The notes under the pieces: model-generated
Told to the model about the DNA's origin: nothing
The model's input: only the letters and a program-made list of their open reading frames with translations
The model's database searches: none
Assembly (NCBI GenBank): GCA_035299885.1
Contig: DATGVV010000460.1
Span: forward strand, 1 to 33,138
DNA from: Chloroflexota bacterium
Lineage (GTDB): Bacteria; Chloroflexota; JAJPGV01
Length of the DNA: 33,138 nt
Direction: 5' to 3'
Program-made: the position numbers and the translations under genes
Shown here: positions 23,827-31,598 of the stretch, piece after piece
How positions within the stretch are numbered: the first letter of the stretch is position 1
How the letters are laid out: each line of letters begins with the position of its first letter

Positions 23827-24852
23827 ATGAGCAAATTCCGGGTGGTCTACTGCGGCAGCAACAAGGTGCCGGTCGAGCTGATTACGCCGATCCTGGACGA
23901 GATCGAGGCCGAGCTGGTGCTGGCGAGCCCGAAGACGGATGCCGAGGTGGCGCAGGCGGGAGCCGAGGCGGACGGCATGATCCTGCACGGGTCGGTGCCG
24001 TTCACACGGGAGACGTTCTTCGCGCTCGAGCGCTGCAAGGTCGTGTGTCGCACCGGGGTGGGCGTGGACCGCATGGACCTGATGGCGGCGCGCGAGCGTG
24101 GCATCGTGGTCAGCAACGCGGCCGGGTGCAACTCGATCGAGGTTGCCGAGCAGACGATCGGGCTGCTGATCATGCTGGCTCGCAAGCTGGTACGGATGAA
24201 TCAGTACGCGCACGAGGGGCGCTGGCGGCGGCATACTGCCGAGCTGCACGAGTATCGCGGCCGCGTGCGCCGCATCACCGGCCAGACGCTGGGGATTATT
24301 GGGCTGGGGCACGTTGGGCGCCAGGTCGCGCCGCGGGCCAAAGGCCTGGGACTACGGGTGCAGGCGTACGACCCGTACGTCGCGCCTGAGGTTGCGCAAA
24401 AGCTGGGGGTCGAGCTGGTGAATCTCGAGCACTTGCTGAGCAGCTCGGACTTCGTGAGTCTTCATGCCCCGAGGACCAAGGAGACGTTCCACATCATCAA
24501 CCGCGACAGCCTCAAGCTGATGAAGCCGTCCGCGTGCCTGATCAACTGCGCGCGGGGTCCGCTGGTCGATACGGAGGCGCTGATGGAAGCGTTGCATGAG
24601 GACCGCCTGGCTGGCGCAGCCCTGGACGTTACAGACCCGGAGCCGATGCCCGGCGATCATCCGCTGCTTCAGTTCGACAACGTGATCGTCACCTGCCACA
24701 CCGGCGCCAACTCGGACGAGTCCTACGTCGACTGCCAAACGCATGCGGCGCGCGAGGTGGTGCGTGTCCTCAAGGGGGAGCCACCGCTCACCGAGGTCAC
24801 CGATCCGTGGCTGCTGGCCGAAGCGGCGGAAGAGGGCTTCGGCGGAGTCTAG
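23827..24852 (+). CDS. D-isomer-specific 2-hydroxyacid dehydrogenase (PGDH/CtBP-like)
   Basis: 341 aa. LGIIGLGHVGRQVA, NCARGPLVDTEAL, GAALDVTDPEP and CHTGA. Confidence 0.85.
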   Translation: MSKFRVVYCGSNKVPVELITPILDEIEAELVLASPKTDAEVAQAGAEADGMILHGSVPFTRETFFALERCKVVCRTGVGVDRMDLMAARERGIVVSNAAGCNSIEVAEQTIGLLIMLARKLVRMNQYAHEGRWRRHTAELHEYRGRVRRITGQTLGIIGLGHVGRQVAPRAKGLGLRVQAYDPYVAPEVAQKLGVELVNLEHLLSSSDFVSLHAPRTKETFHIINRDSLKLMKPSACLINCARGPLVDTEALMEALHEDRLAGAALDVTDPEPMPGDHPLLQFDNVIVTCHTGANSDESYVDCQTHAAREVVRVLKGEPPLTEVTDPWLLAEAAEEGFGGV

Positions 24853-24871
24853 CAGTGTGGCGCGGCGTGGA

Positions 24872-25255
24872 TTACTCTTGGCGCGCGCCAGCGAGATAGC
24901 GCTGGCGAAAGAAGAGTGCGCCGACACCCTGCCGGCCGTCTTCCGCCGTCTGGTGCTCCACCGTCTGCACCAGCGTGTTCGCGGCTGCTGAGCGGCGCCC
25001 CTGGTACCAATGGCGCTTCGCTGGCGGGGCAGCGCAGTGGCTGCAATCGGGGATGGCCGGGCTGAACACGACGTCCATGCGCGTGCCAGCCGCCGCTGCC
25101 ATGCAGCCGGGAACGAAGTAGTAGGTGTGTGCCGTGGGAGCGGGCAGCTGCTGATCGCATTGCAGGCCGCCACTGTCCCGTGAGATATCCTCTACGGAGC
25201 CACCCAGCAACATGGATTTTCCGGTGAGGTTCACGAGGGCGGCGATCATGAACAA
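24872..25255 (-). CDS. hypothetical protein (Cys-containing, no family recognised)
   Basis: 127-aa ORF. When written out codon by codon the third positions are strongly G/C, like the confirmed genes. No recognisable SD or domain, and the start is uncertain. Confidence 0.4.
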   Translation of the reverse strand: MFMIAALVNLTGKSMLLGGSVEDISRDSGGLQCDQQLPAPTAHTYYFVPGCMAAAAGTRMDVVFSPAIPDCSHCAAPPAKRHWYQGRRSAAANTLVQTVEHQTAEDGRQGVGALFFRQRYLAGARQE

Positions 25256-25345
25256 AAGCTCATGACATAACCGCCCAGTGGGGAAAGAGTACGGTCAAGG
25301 GGAACCCAATTGGTTTTTGAACAGCGCGCAATCCTGCCTCTCGTC

Positions 25346-25510
25346 ATGGGCACTCTGGCGGCGGGGTCGCTGGCTTTGGTGGCGGTAACGCACCTGCAGG
25401 CCAATGACCGCGCGGCAAAAGCCACGCCCACGCCTACGACAGTTCCAACCGTGACCGCCACCCGCGTCACCACGGTGACTATTGTGGTGACGGTAACGCC
25501 GTCGTCGTAA
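25346..25510 (+). CDS. hypothetical small membrane-anchored protein with Thr/Val/Pro-rich tail
   Basis: Inside tracked ORF 25310..25510. MGTLAAGSLALVAVTHL is hydrophobic, followed by TPTPTTVPTVTATRVTTVTIVVTVTPSS. G/C-rich third positions. It overlaps a convergent small ORF by 32 nt. Weak call. Confidence 0.25.
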   Translation: MGTLAAGSLALVAVTHLQANDRAAKATPTPTTVPTVTATRVTTVTIVVTVTPSS

Positions 25511-25682
25511 GGGCCAGCTCGGCCGCTTCCTCGCTGGTCGCTGGCAGCTGGTGCTTCGGGCAGAGCCAACCGTCAGCCGCGCGCTGCCAGCCCGCGGCCG
25601 AAGCTCGCTTGGAAGAGTCCACGTCGGTGGTCACCACCAGAAGCGTGTTGCATTCGATGCAGCCAATGAACACAGTTGGCAT
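25479..25682 (-). CDS. hypothetical small Cys-containing protein (possible zinc ribbon: GCIEC ... LCPKH)
   Basis: 67-aa ORF, 21 nt downstream of the zinc-ribbon gene on the same strand. Coding-like codon usage. No family recognised. Confidence 0.4.
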   Translation of the reverse strand: MPTVFIGCIECNTLLVVTTDVDSSKRASAAGWQRAADGWLCPKHQLPATSEEAAELALTTTALPSPQ

Positions 25683-25703
25683 GCGTCTGACTGAGAGCGG
25701 CGG

Positions 25704-26078
25704 CTAGTAGCGGCGGCCGCCCCGGCTCCCGTAGCCCGGGCTGGAGCTCTGCTGCTTGGTGTGGCAGTCCGAGCAATACACCGGCCGGTCGCCTCGGGGC
25801 ACGAAGGGCACTTGCGCTGGCTTGCCGCACTCGCTGCAGATGATGTCGGTCATGACCCGATCTCGCCCGCGGGAGCCCATTCCGCCGCCTTCGCGCCGCG
25901 CGCGCCGGCAATCCGGGCAGCGGCCTGGGGCGTTCGTGTAGCCCTTGTCAGCAAAGAATTGCTGTTCCGATTCGGTGAAGGTGAAATTGGTGCCACAGTC
26001 CTGGCACGTAAGGGTTTGGTCCGGCACGTTGGTGACGCTCCTAATGCTTTGTAAATCAGCTCCGGAGGCGTCCGCCAT
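25704..26078 (-). CDS. double zinc-ribbon protein (CxxC-x25-CxxC plus CxxC-x17-CxxC) with RGG-like tail
   Basis: 124 aa. The first ribbon is CQDCGTNFTFTESEQQFFADKGYTNAPGRCPDCR. The second, CSECGKPAQVPFVPRGDRPVYCSDC, has the exact CxxC-x17-CxxC spacing. Gly/Arg-rich linker and C-terminus (GSRGGRRY). Confidence 0.75.
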   Translation of the reverse strand: MADASGADLQSIRSVTNVPDQTLTCQDCGTNFTFTESEQQFFADKGYTNAPGRCPDCRRARREGGGMGSRGRDRVMTDIICSECGKPAQVPFVPRGDRPVYCSDCHTKQQSSSPGYGSRGGRRY

Positions 26079-26117
26079 GGCCTGGCCGGCAAACCTGAGG
26101 AATTGTGTGGACGGAGT

Positions 26118-26888
26118 CTAACACGCAGCCGGGCGATGGATCCGGGCCAGCCCAAAGGCTGACAGCAGCCGCAGATAGGCCCAGCCGACGTCGAATTCGA
26201 ACCAGCGAGCTTTGAACCTGGCTGAGGCGGGATCGGCGTGATGGTTGTTGTGGAGCTCTTCGCCACCGAGCCAGATGGCCAGCGGCACGATGTTGCGGCT
26301 GGTGCCCTTGATGTCGAAGTTGCGGTAGCCCGCGGCGTGGCCCACGCCGTTGACGATGCCCGCGGCCCAGAGCGGCACCCACAGCAGCTGACCCAACCAA
26401 ACCAGGCTCCCGCTGACGTGGCCAAACAGGTAGACGTCGAGAGCCAGCATGGCCCCCAGGCCGAGCCACGGCAGGCGGTGCACCAGGAGACGCTCGAACC
26501 AGTCGGTGGGGGCGCCGGTGCCGTACTTCTCGACTACGCCGGGCTCGCGCACAGCGCTCCGGTAGTAGAAGTAGCCCTTTAGGATGACGTTGGGCAGCCC
26601 CAAGCGCAGAGGCGAATGCGGATCGCCCTGGCGATCGGCGAAGGCGTGGTGCTTACGGTGGCAGGCGACCCACTCGCGGGTCTTGATCGCGGTGGAAAGC
26701 CACAGCCACGCTCGCATGCCCAGCGCGGCGGCCGGGTGCAGCGCGACGCTGCCGTGCGTTTGGCAGCGGTGAAGATACAGCGAAATGCAGGCGTTGGTGA
26801 GGTGGCCAGCCACAATCAGGAAGAGGAGCGGTTTCCACCACTCGCTGCCCCACATACCGAACGTGGGGAAGTGGCTCGCGTCCGGCAA
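26118..26888 (-). CDS. membrane fatty-acid desaturase (acyl-lipid/acyl-CoA delta-9-type)
   Basis: 256 aa. Three His boxes HRCQTH, HRKHH and HNNHH in the canonical order, with hydrophobic spans between. The start is either TTG 26888 or ATG 26855. Confidence 0.85.
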   Translation of the reverse strand: MPDASHFPTFGMWGSEWWKPLLFLIVAGHLTNACISLYLHRCQTHGSVALHPAAALGMRAWLWLSTAIKTREWVACHRKHHAFADRQGDPHSPLRLGLPNVILKGYFYYRSAVREPGVVEKYGTGAPTDWFERLLVHRLPWLGLGAMLALDVYLFGHVSGSLVWLGQLLWVPLWAAGIVNGVGHAAGYRNFDIKGTSRNIVPLAIWLGGEELHNNHHADPASARFKARWFEFDVGWAYLRLLSAFGLARIHRPAAC

Positions 26889-26889
26889 G

Positions 26890-27141
26890 CTAGCGCGTGC
26901 TCTTCAGCACTTGCAGCTTGAGCCAGGTGGTCTTCTCGATGGCTCGATCGGTACACGTGTAGACTCGCTGCGCGTTGCTGTCGGTGGAAAGGCGATAGAC
27001 GTCATGCGTAACCGGCTTGCCGCTGACACTGTCGACCCAGTCGCCATGCGGCAGGCGTTTGTGCAGCCGCTCCTGAGGCTCGGGGGAGGCGTGTTCGGTC
27101 TCCCCATCGAAATGACCGTTGACTAAGCGGATGGCTTTCAT
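26890..27141 (-). CDS. hypothetical small protein, coupled to the desaturase gene
   Basis: In-frame ATG 27141 within tracked ORF 26890..27195. AGGAG lies 13 nt upstream. The stop is 1 nt from the desaturase TTG. No family recognised. Confidence 0.45.
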   Translation of the reverse strand: MKAIRLVNGHFDGETEHASPEPQERLHKRLPHGDWVDSVSGKPVTHDVYRLSTDSNAQRVYTCTDRAIEKTTWLKLQVLKSTR

Positions 27142-27295
27142 TGTGGGCTGCAACTCCTGCGCGTACGTCCGGCAGAGTGAAGCCAAAGCGGCCACGGCAA
27201 CGTGGCGGTCCGCCCCTCCAGCACAGTGTCGAATCTATCGAAGGCTAACACGGCACATCAAGCTGCCGGTGCCTAAGAGCTATCCTTCGCCCACT

Positions 27296-27760
27296 ATGGG
27301 CGGGAAACGCGAAACAGCTCCAGCGGGCGATCCTCTTGCGCTGCTGCGCTACGAGCATCGAACGCTGGATAGCCTATTCAGTCAATTCAAGCTCCGCAAG
27401 GAGCACCAGGTGGCGCGGCGCGTGTGCAGCCACCTGGCGATGCATTCCAAGGTCGAAGAAGAGTTCTACCGTGAGGCGGAAACCATCCCCGAGCTTCACG
27501 GCAGGATCGACACCAGCCTGCGGGAACACCGCAGCCTGGAGGAGCTGACCCGGGCGATCCGCGGTTTGGATGATGGCGACGCGCTGAACGAGCAGATGCT
27601 GGCGCTGCAACAAGCCGTCGAGCAGCATGTTCGAGAAGAGGAGAGATCGGTCTTCCCGGCCGTCCTGAAGGCCGTGTCCAAGCACCGCATGCGGGAGCTT
27701 GGAGCTAATCTGAGAGCGACCAAAGAGAAGCTAACACCAACAGGAGAGCGCCATAAGTAA
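27296..27760 (+). CDS. hemerythrin-like HHE cation-binding domain protein
   Basis: ATG 27296 within tracked ORF 27119..27760 gives 154 aa. His/Glu landmarks are LLRYEHRTLD, HLAMHSKVEEEFY, LREHRSLEEL and VEQHVREEERSVFP. Confidence 0.75.
   Translation: MGGKRETAPAGDPLALLRYEHRTLDSLFSQFKLRKEHQVARRVCSHLAMHSKVEEEFYREAETIPELHGRIDTSLREHRSLEELTRAIRGLDDGDALNEQMLALQQAVEQHVREEERSVFPAVLKAVSKHRMRELGANLRATKEKLTPTGERHK
27743..27746 (+). promoter_or_regulatory. Shine-Dalgarno GGAG for infC, inside the 3' end of the hemerythrin-like gene
   Basis: 6-nt spacer to ATA 27753. This is the only SD-like element in the open part of the infC frame. Confidence 0.55.
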
Positions 27761-28286
27761 AGTCACACTCGTAAATGACCGAATCCGTTCCCGAGAGGTA
27801 TCGGTCATCGATCAAACAGGAGCCTCACTCGGGGTCCTGCCCCTAAGGGAGGCTCTCGACCTCGCAGCTGCCCGCGAACTGGACCTCGTCGAAGTCAATC
27901 CGACGGCAACCCCACCGGTCTGCAAACTGCTCGACTATGGGCGGTTCCAATTCGAGCAAAGCAAGCGGCAGCGTGAATCCAACAAAGCGCAGAAGGCCTT
28001 CACCCTCAAGGAGATCCGCTTCCGGCCGAACGTGGGCGACCACGACGTGGCGACGAAGGTGAAGAGCATCCGAGAGTTCCTCGAAGCGGGCGACAAGGTG
28101 AAGGTGGTGGTCCGCATGCGTGGCCGGGAGCTGGCCCATCCTGAGCGAGCCGGCCTGCTGCTCGATGCGATTGCCGAGCAGCTGAAGCCTCACACCGTGG
28201 AACGCCCCGCCCAGGCCGACGCGCGCACCAGGACCATGATCATCTCGCCGGCGAAATCGGCCAAGCAGGCTGCGTCCGTCACGTGA
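27753..28286 (+). CDS. infC: translation initiation factor IF-3 (non-canonical ATA start inferred)
   Basis: The ORF track shows only the C-terminal 84 aa (28032..28286). The same frame is open from 27735. It reads ISKVTLVNDRIRSREVSVIDQTGASLGVLPLREALDLAAARELDLVEVNPTATPPVCKLLDYGRFQFEQSKR..KEIRFRPNVGDHD, a complete IF3 N-domain and linker. There is no ATG/GTG/TTG in frame before 28032. ATA 27753 sits 6 nt after GGAG 27743-27746. Confidence 0.85.
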   Translation: MSKVTLVNDRIRSREVSVIDQTGASLGVLPLREALDLAAARELDLVEVNPTATPPVCKLLDYGRFQFEQSKRQRESNKAQKAFTLKEIRFRPNVGDHDVATKVKSIREFLEAGDKVKVVVRMRGRELAHPERAGLLLDAIAEQLKPHTVERPAQADARTRTMIISPAKSAKQAASVT

Positions 28287-28399
28287 AGCGCCTGAATTCG
28301 AAGGCGATCGCCGCGGGCTACAAGTCCGATCACGCCTTCAAATTTGGCATCACGGTGGCCCTTGCGCTGCTGACCCTGCTGGTGCTCCTGCACCTCTGA
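28283..28399 (+). CDS. possible 38-codon membrane micro-protein
   Basis: GTG 28283 overlaps the infC TGA (GTGA). It encodes VKRLNSKAIAAGYKSDHAFKFGITVALALLTLLVLLHL. Below the ORF-track size cutoff. Speculative. Confidence 0.25.
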   Translation: MKRLNSKAIAAGYKSDHAFKFGITVALALLTLLVLLHL

Positions 28400-28410
28400 G
28401 GCCGGGGCTC

Positions 28411-28632
28411 TTAGCGCCTTCTGCGGCGATCCTGGTCGGGTCGTTGCGGCCGTGGCGCGTCCCTGGTGAGCTCCTCCATGCGGCGATCGAAGGCCTCCCC
28501 CGCACTGCGCCGCTGAGCGTCGGCCGATCGTTCGCTGTCAAAATCGCGCGGAGGACTGGGCTTGTTTTCGGGGTCCTTGGTTTCAGGCATGCGGTAGAGC
28601 GTGGCAAGTCGCGTGCCAGGTGTCATGAGCAT
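28411..28632 (-). CDS. hypothetical small charged/disordered protein
   Basis: 73-aa ORF, with an alternative ATG at 28590. Rich in Arg/Asp/Pro, ending RRRRR. No SD or family recognised. Confidence 0.3.
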   Translation of the reverse strand: MLMTPGTRLATLYRMPETKDPENKPSPPRDFDSERSADAQRRSAGEAFDRRMEELTRDAPRPQRPDQDRRRRR

Positions 28633-28664
28633 TCGTTCATGGCGTTGCGTATAGTGGAACCACT

Positions 28665-29858
28665 TTGGGGCTCACGGCTGAGGCGCGGCGGCAGCGCTGG
28701 GACGTCGATCTGACGGCGACGGGCCCGGGCACGCCGGGGGGCACATTCTTGCGGCAGTTCTGGCATGCCATCGGGCGGGGCGAGGACTTGCCTGCTGGAC
28801 GCGCGGTGCCCATCCGCATCATGGGCGAGGACTACACCCTCTACCGCGGCATGAGCGGCAAGGCGCAGATCATGGCCTATCGCTGTCCGCACCGCGGGGC
28901 TCAGCTGCACCTGGGCGGGGTGGAAGACGACGAGCTGCGCTGCGTGTACCACGGCTGGAAGTACAACTGCACGGGCCAGTGCGTCGAGACGCCGGCGGAG
29001 GAGCCGGGCTTCGAGAAAAAGGTCAAGGTCCCAGTCTTTCCCACGGAGGAAGCATTTGGCCTGATCTACGGCTATTTCGGGGATGGCCAGCCACCGGCGT
29101 TCCCGCCGTATCCCGAATCACGCGGCGAGGGCGACGTCGAAGCCTGGCCGGTCGAACACGTCCCGTGCAACTACCTGCAGTGCTTCGAGAACAGCATGGA
29201 TGAGGTGCACGTGGCGTTCACACACCAGCCGGGCGGCTCACATGCGGCGCTGGCGCGGGACCTGCCGATCATCACCGCCGAGGAGACGGACTGGGGCATG
29301 CTGCGCTTCGGCACGCGCTCCGACGGCACAGTGCGCCACACGCTGCACTACGCGCCGAATATCGTGCGGGTGATCGTGCCTCCCCTCGCCGGCATGGACG
29401 GCATTGGTGGCTGGCCGGAGATCACCTTCCACTTCACGCCGGTTGACGACGAGAATCACCTGTGGGTGATTTCGGCCAAGGTTCTGGTGAACGGCGATGA
29501 GGCTGAGCGCTACCGCCAGAAACGAGCGGAGTTCTACGAGCGGCGAGCGGCCGCGCCGAGCGTCCGCAGCGTGGTGGACGAGATCTGGGCTGGCAGGCTG
29601 GCTTACGCCGACATCCGCCACCCCGAGCTGGCGATCGTGCAGGACATTGCAGTGCAGGCCGGCCAGGGGAAGATCGCCAATCGGAAGACGGAGCACCTGG
29701 GGCGATCCGATCGCGGCATCACGCTGTGGCGGCGCATCCTGGCGCGGGAGCTGCGCTTAATAGCGGAAGGGCGTCAGCCCAAGAAGTGGCAGCGGCCCTC
29801 GGCGGACGTGATCCCGGTCATCGGCGCCAACATCAGTCGGACGGTGGGGGCAGCCTAG
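28665..29858 (+). CDS. Rieske non-heme-iron oxygenase alpha subunit (paralogue of 13515..14735)
   Basis: 397 aa. CPHRG...CVYHGW Rieske motif and CFENSMDEVHVAFTH iron site. The N-terminal TGPGTPGGTFLRQFW parallels VGPGTAMGDLLRRYW in the paralogue. TTG 28665 is the only in-frame start after the upstream stop. Confidence 0.85.
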   Translation: MGLTAEARRQRWDVDLTATGPGTPGGTFLRQFWHAIGRGEDLPAGRAVPIRIMGEDYTLYRGMSGKAQIMAYRCPHRGAQLHLGGVEDDELRCVYHGWKYNCTGQCVETPAEEPGFEKKVKVPVFPTEEAFGLIYGYFGDGQPPAFPPYPESRGEGDVEAWPVEHVPCNYLQCFENSMDEVHVAFTHQPGGSHAALARDLPIITAEETDWGMLRFGTRSDGTVRHTLHYAPNIVRVIVPPLAGMDGIGGWPEITFHFTPVDDENHLWVISAKVLVNGDEAERYRQKRAEFYERRAAAPSVRSVVDEIWAGRLAYADIRHPELAIVQDIAVQAGQGKIANRKTEHLGRSDRGITLWRRILARELRLIAEGRQPKKWQRPSADVIPVIGANISRTVGAA

Positions 29859-29870
29859 GCTGCCGGCTTG

Positions 29871-30386
29871 TCAGCTGATGGCGATGACGCGGTACTGCGT
29901 CTGGCCACGCGGCGTGGTGACGGTGGCTTCGTCACCTGGTTTGCAGCCTAGGAGGACGCGGCCAAGGGGGCTTTCGTTGGAGATGCGACGGGCAGCGACG
30001 TTGGACTCCATCGAGCCGACGATGGTGTAGCGCTCCTCGGAGTCGTCCTCGCAAGCGAGTGTGACGGTTGAGCCCAGGGCCACCGTGTCGGTCGTGGTGG
30101 GGTTCTCGATGAGCTGGGCATGCTCGAGCTTGACCTTCAGCTCGCGGATGCGGCCCTCCATGAGCCCCTGGCGATCCTTGGCGTCGTGATAGGCGCCGTT
30201 CTCCTTGAGGTCGCCATCCTCACGCGCGGCCAGAATGGCCGACGCGATGGCGGGCCGGTGGACGCTCAGCAGGTCCTCGAGCTCGGCTTCGAGGCCAGCC
30301 TTGCCTGCGAGAGTCAGGTAGACGGGCCGTTTAGTTTCGGACTGGAGCTGGATGGTTCGCCGTCGGGTGGGGGTTCTCACACTCAA
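29871..30386 (-). CDS. greA: transcription elongation factor GreA
   Basis: 171 aa. Coiled-coil N-domain (LEAELEDL..RPAIASAILAAREDGDLKENGAYHDAKDRQGLMEGRIRELK) and a C-terminal FKBP-like domain. The start is TTG 30386 or GTG 30380. Confidence 0.9.
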   Translation of the reverse strand: MSVRTPTRRRTIQLQSETKRPVYLTLAGKAGLEAELEDLLSVHRPAIASAILAAREDGDLKENGAYHDAKDRQGLMEGRIRELKVKLEHAQLIENPTTTDTVALGSTVTLACEDDSEERYTIVGSMESNVAARRISNESPLGRVLLGCKPGDEATVTTPRGQTQYRVIAIS

Positions 30387-30403
30387 AGGGTAACGCGGGC
30401 CGG

Positions 30404-30422
30404 CCGGTATGCGGCATACCGG
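30404..30422. repeat. perfect 9-bp inverted repeat CCGGTATGC-g-GCATACCGG
   Basis: Read directly. It lies 18 nt upstream of the greA TTG (minus strand) and 145 nt downstream of the preceding minus-strand gene. It could be a terminator hairpin or an operator. Confidence 0.4.
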
Positions 30423-30566
30423 AGGACGCTTGGGCTATGGCCGCGGGGAATTAGCGAACCGGGCACGCAGTGAGTTTTGGATCGAACGTTGTCTAAGTGT
30501 GGTGGGACCCACAGGGGTTTGGCGACATAGCCACCGTGAGGCATCGCCGGGATTTGAGCGGGTAGG

Positions 30567-30905
30567 CTACCATCGGCGTCTCGGCGACCGCTCCGGCAGT
30601 TCCCACCAATCCCTTTCCTCCCCGTCTTGTCGCCACCACTCCAGCGTGCGCACCGCGAAAGTTGCCTGCTGGCCGGAAACCGCGCAGAACTTCCACAGCT
30701 CCCTCGCGGCCAGTGTGTAGTGGTGAACGATCCCATCGAGCTCGAACGCATCGATGCGCCCGGCATCATACTCTGCGAAGCCTTGCCGGATATGTTCGAG
30801 GAGGTCAGCCAGTCGAGCCTCGTGATAGGTCGCGAGCGTGATGCGGTCAGCGCGCCGCTTGGCCTTACTGGTGATCTCTGGCTGCGTTCCCCAGGGACCG
30901 TTCAT
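30567..30905 (-). CDS. hypothetical protein coupled to the pRiA4b-ORF3-like gene
   Basis: Tracked ORF is 30567..30911. ATG 30905 overlaps the upstream TGA (ATGA). Trp/Arg-rich C-terminus. No family recognised. Confidence 0.55.
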   Translation of the reverse strand: MNGPWGTQPEITSKAKRRADRITLATYHEARLADLLEHIRQGFAEYDAGRIDAFELDGIVHHYTLAARELWKFCAVSGQQATFAVRTLEWWRQDGEERDWWELPERSPRRRW

Positions 30906-31423
30906 CGCCAATCCCCTAAGATGGGCGGCAGATCGGCTCTGTGCGGGTCCCGCGGAGCTTTGGACTCGCCATCATCTCCATCCCAACGACGGCCATACTG
31001 GTCCGGAATCACACCCCAGCCCCAGAACGGGAGAGGCTTGTAGGGCACGATGCCCAGAATCGTCAGCGGATCGATGCGCTCCGTGCCCACGGTGCAGAGG
31101 TGCTGCCAATCATCTCCAAGGTCGAAGATGTAAGCGAATTGCTCACCCGGATTGAGCCGACTCAGGCGGACTCGTCGGATATCTAGCAGATGCTCGGGAT
31201 CCCAATCGTCGTCTGATGGCAAGCCTACGCGAGAGCCGTTCGCGAGCGTGAACTCGTGAAGGTGAGCACGGTCCCAGCGGGCGAATGCGTCATCAATGGC
31301 GGTGGCTAGTTCCTCAAACGTGTGCGAGCGGGCAGCCGCGAAGAGCCGGCCCGGCCTAGGCCAATAGTCTTCGCCGCGTCCACATATGAGCTCTACGCGC
31401 ACCGATAGCCAGGTCCTTCCCAT
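30902..31423 (-). CDS. plasmid pRiA4b ORF-3-like family protein
   Basis: 173 aa. WDRAHLHEFTL and FAYIFDLGDDWQHLCTV match the family signature (HLheF ... YxYDFGDxWxH) as I remember it. Confidence 0.8.
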   Translation of the reverse strand: MGRTWLSVRVELICGRGEDYWPRPGRLFAAARSHTFEELATAIDDAFARWDRAHLHEFTLANGSRVGLPSDDDWDPEHLLDIRRVRLSRLNPGEQFAYIFDLGDDWQHLCTVGTERIDPLTILGIVPYKPLPFWGWGVIPDQYGRRWDGDDGESKAPRDPHRADLPPILGDWR

Positions 31424-31598
31424 AAGCGCTATTGTCGATGCTTTGCCGTCTGGTTCGACAGAGACCGCGGCTGGGAAATTTCAGCCCTGCCCCTTGCTCG
31501 CTGGTGGGATCTTGGCGGCGGGCAGTCCATCGCCCGATCGGGTTGTGAGCGCACACAAGGCGCCAGCCACGAGAACCCAACATGAATAACCGATAGGT

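Noticed and set aside
23431-24312. 293-aa minus-strand ORF spanning the NRAMP 3' end and the dehydrogenase 5' end
   Set aside because: It crosses an intergenic region and is antisense to two well-supported genes. Its translation is low-complexity.
24352-25173. 273-aa minus-strand ORF overlapping the dehydrogenase 3' end and the 127-aa ORF
   Set aside because: It is Arg/Ala-rich filler. The alternative minus frame (24872..25255) has better codon third-position bias.
25246-25569. 107-aa minus-strand ORF mirroring the Thr/Val-rich small ORF
   Set aside because: It is the antisense image of a repetitive ACG/GTG-rich stretch. I could not support either strand strongly, and I kept only the plus-strand version at low confidence.
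30423-30566. tRNA or small-RNA gene in the greA upstream spacer
   Set aside because: No T-loop (GTTCGAATC-like) or cloverleaf arrangement could be built on either strand.
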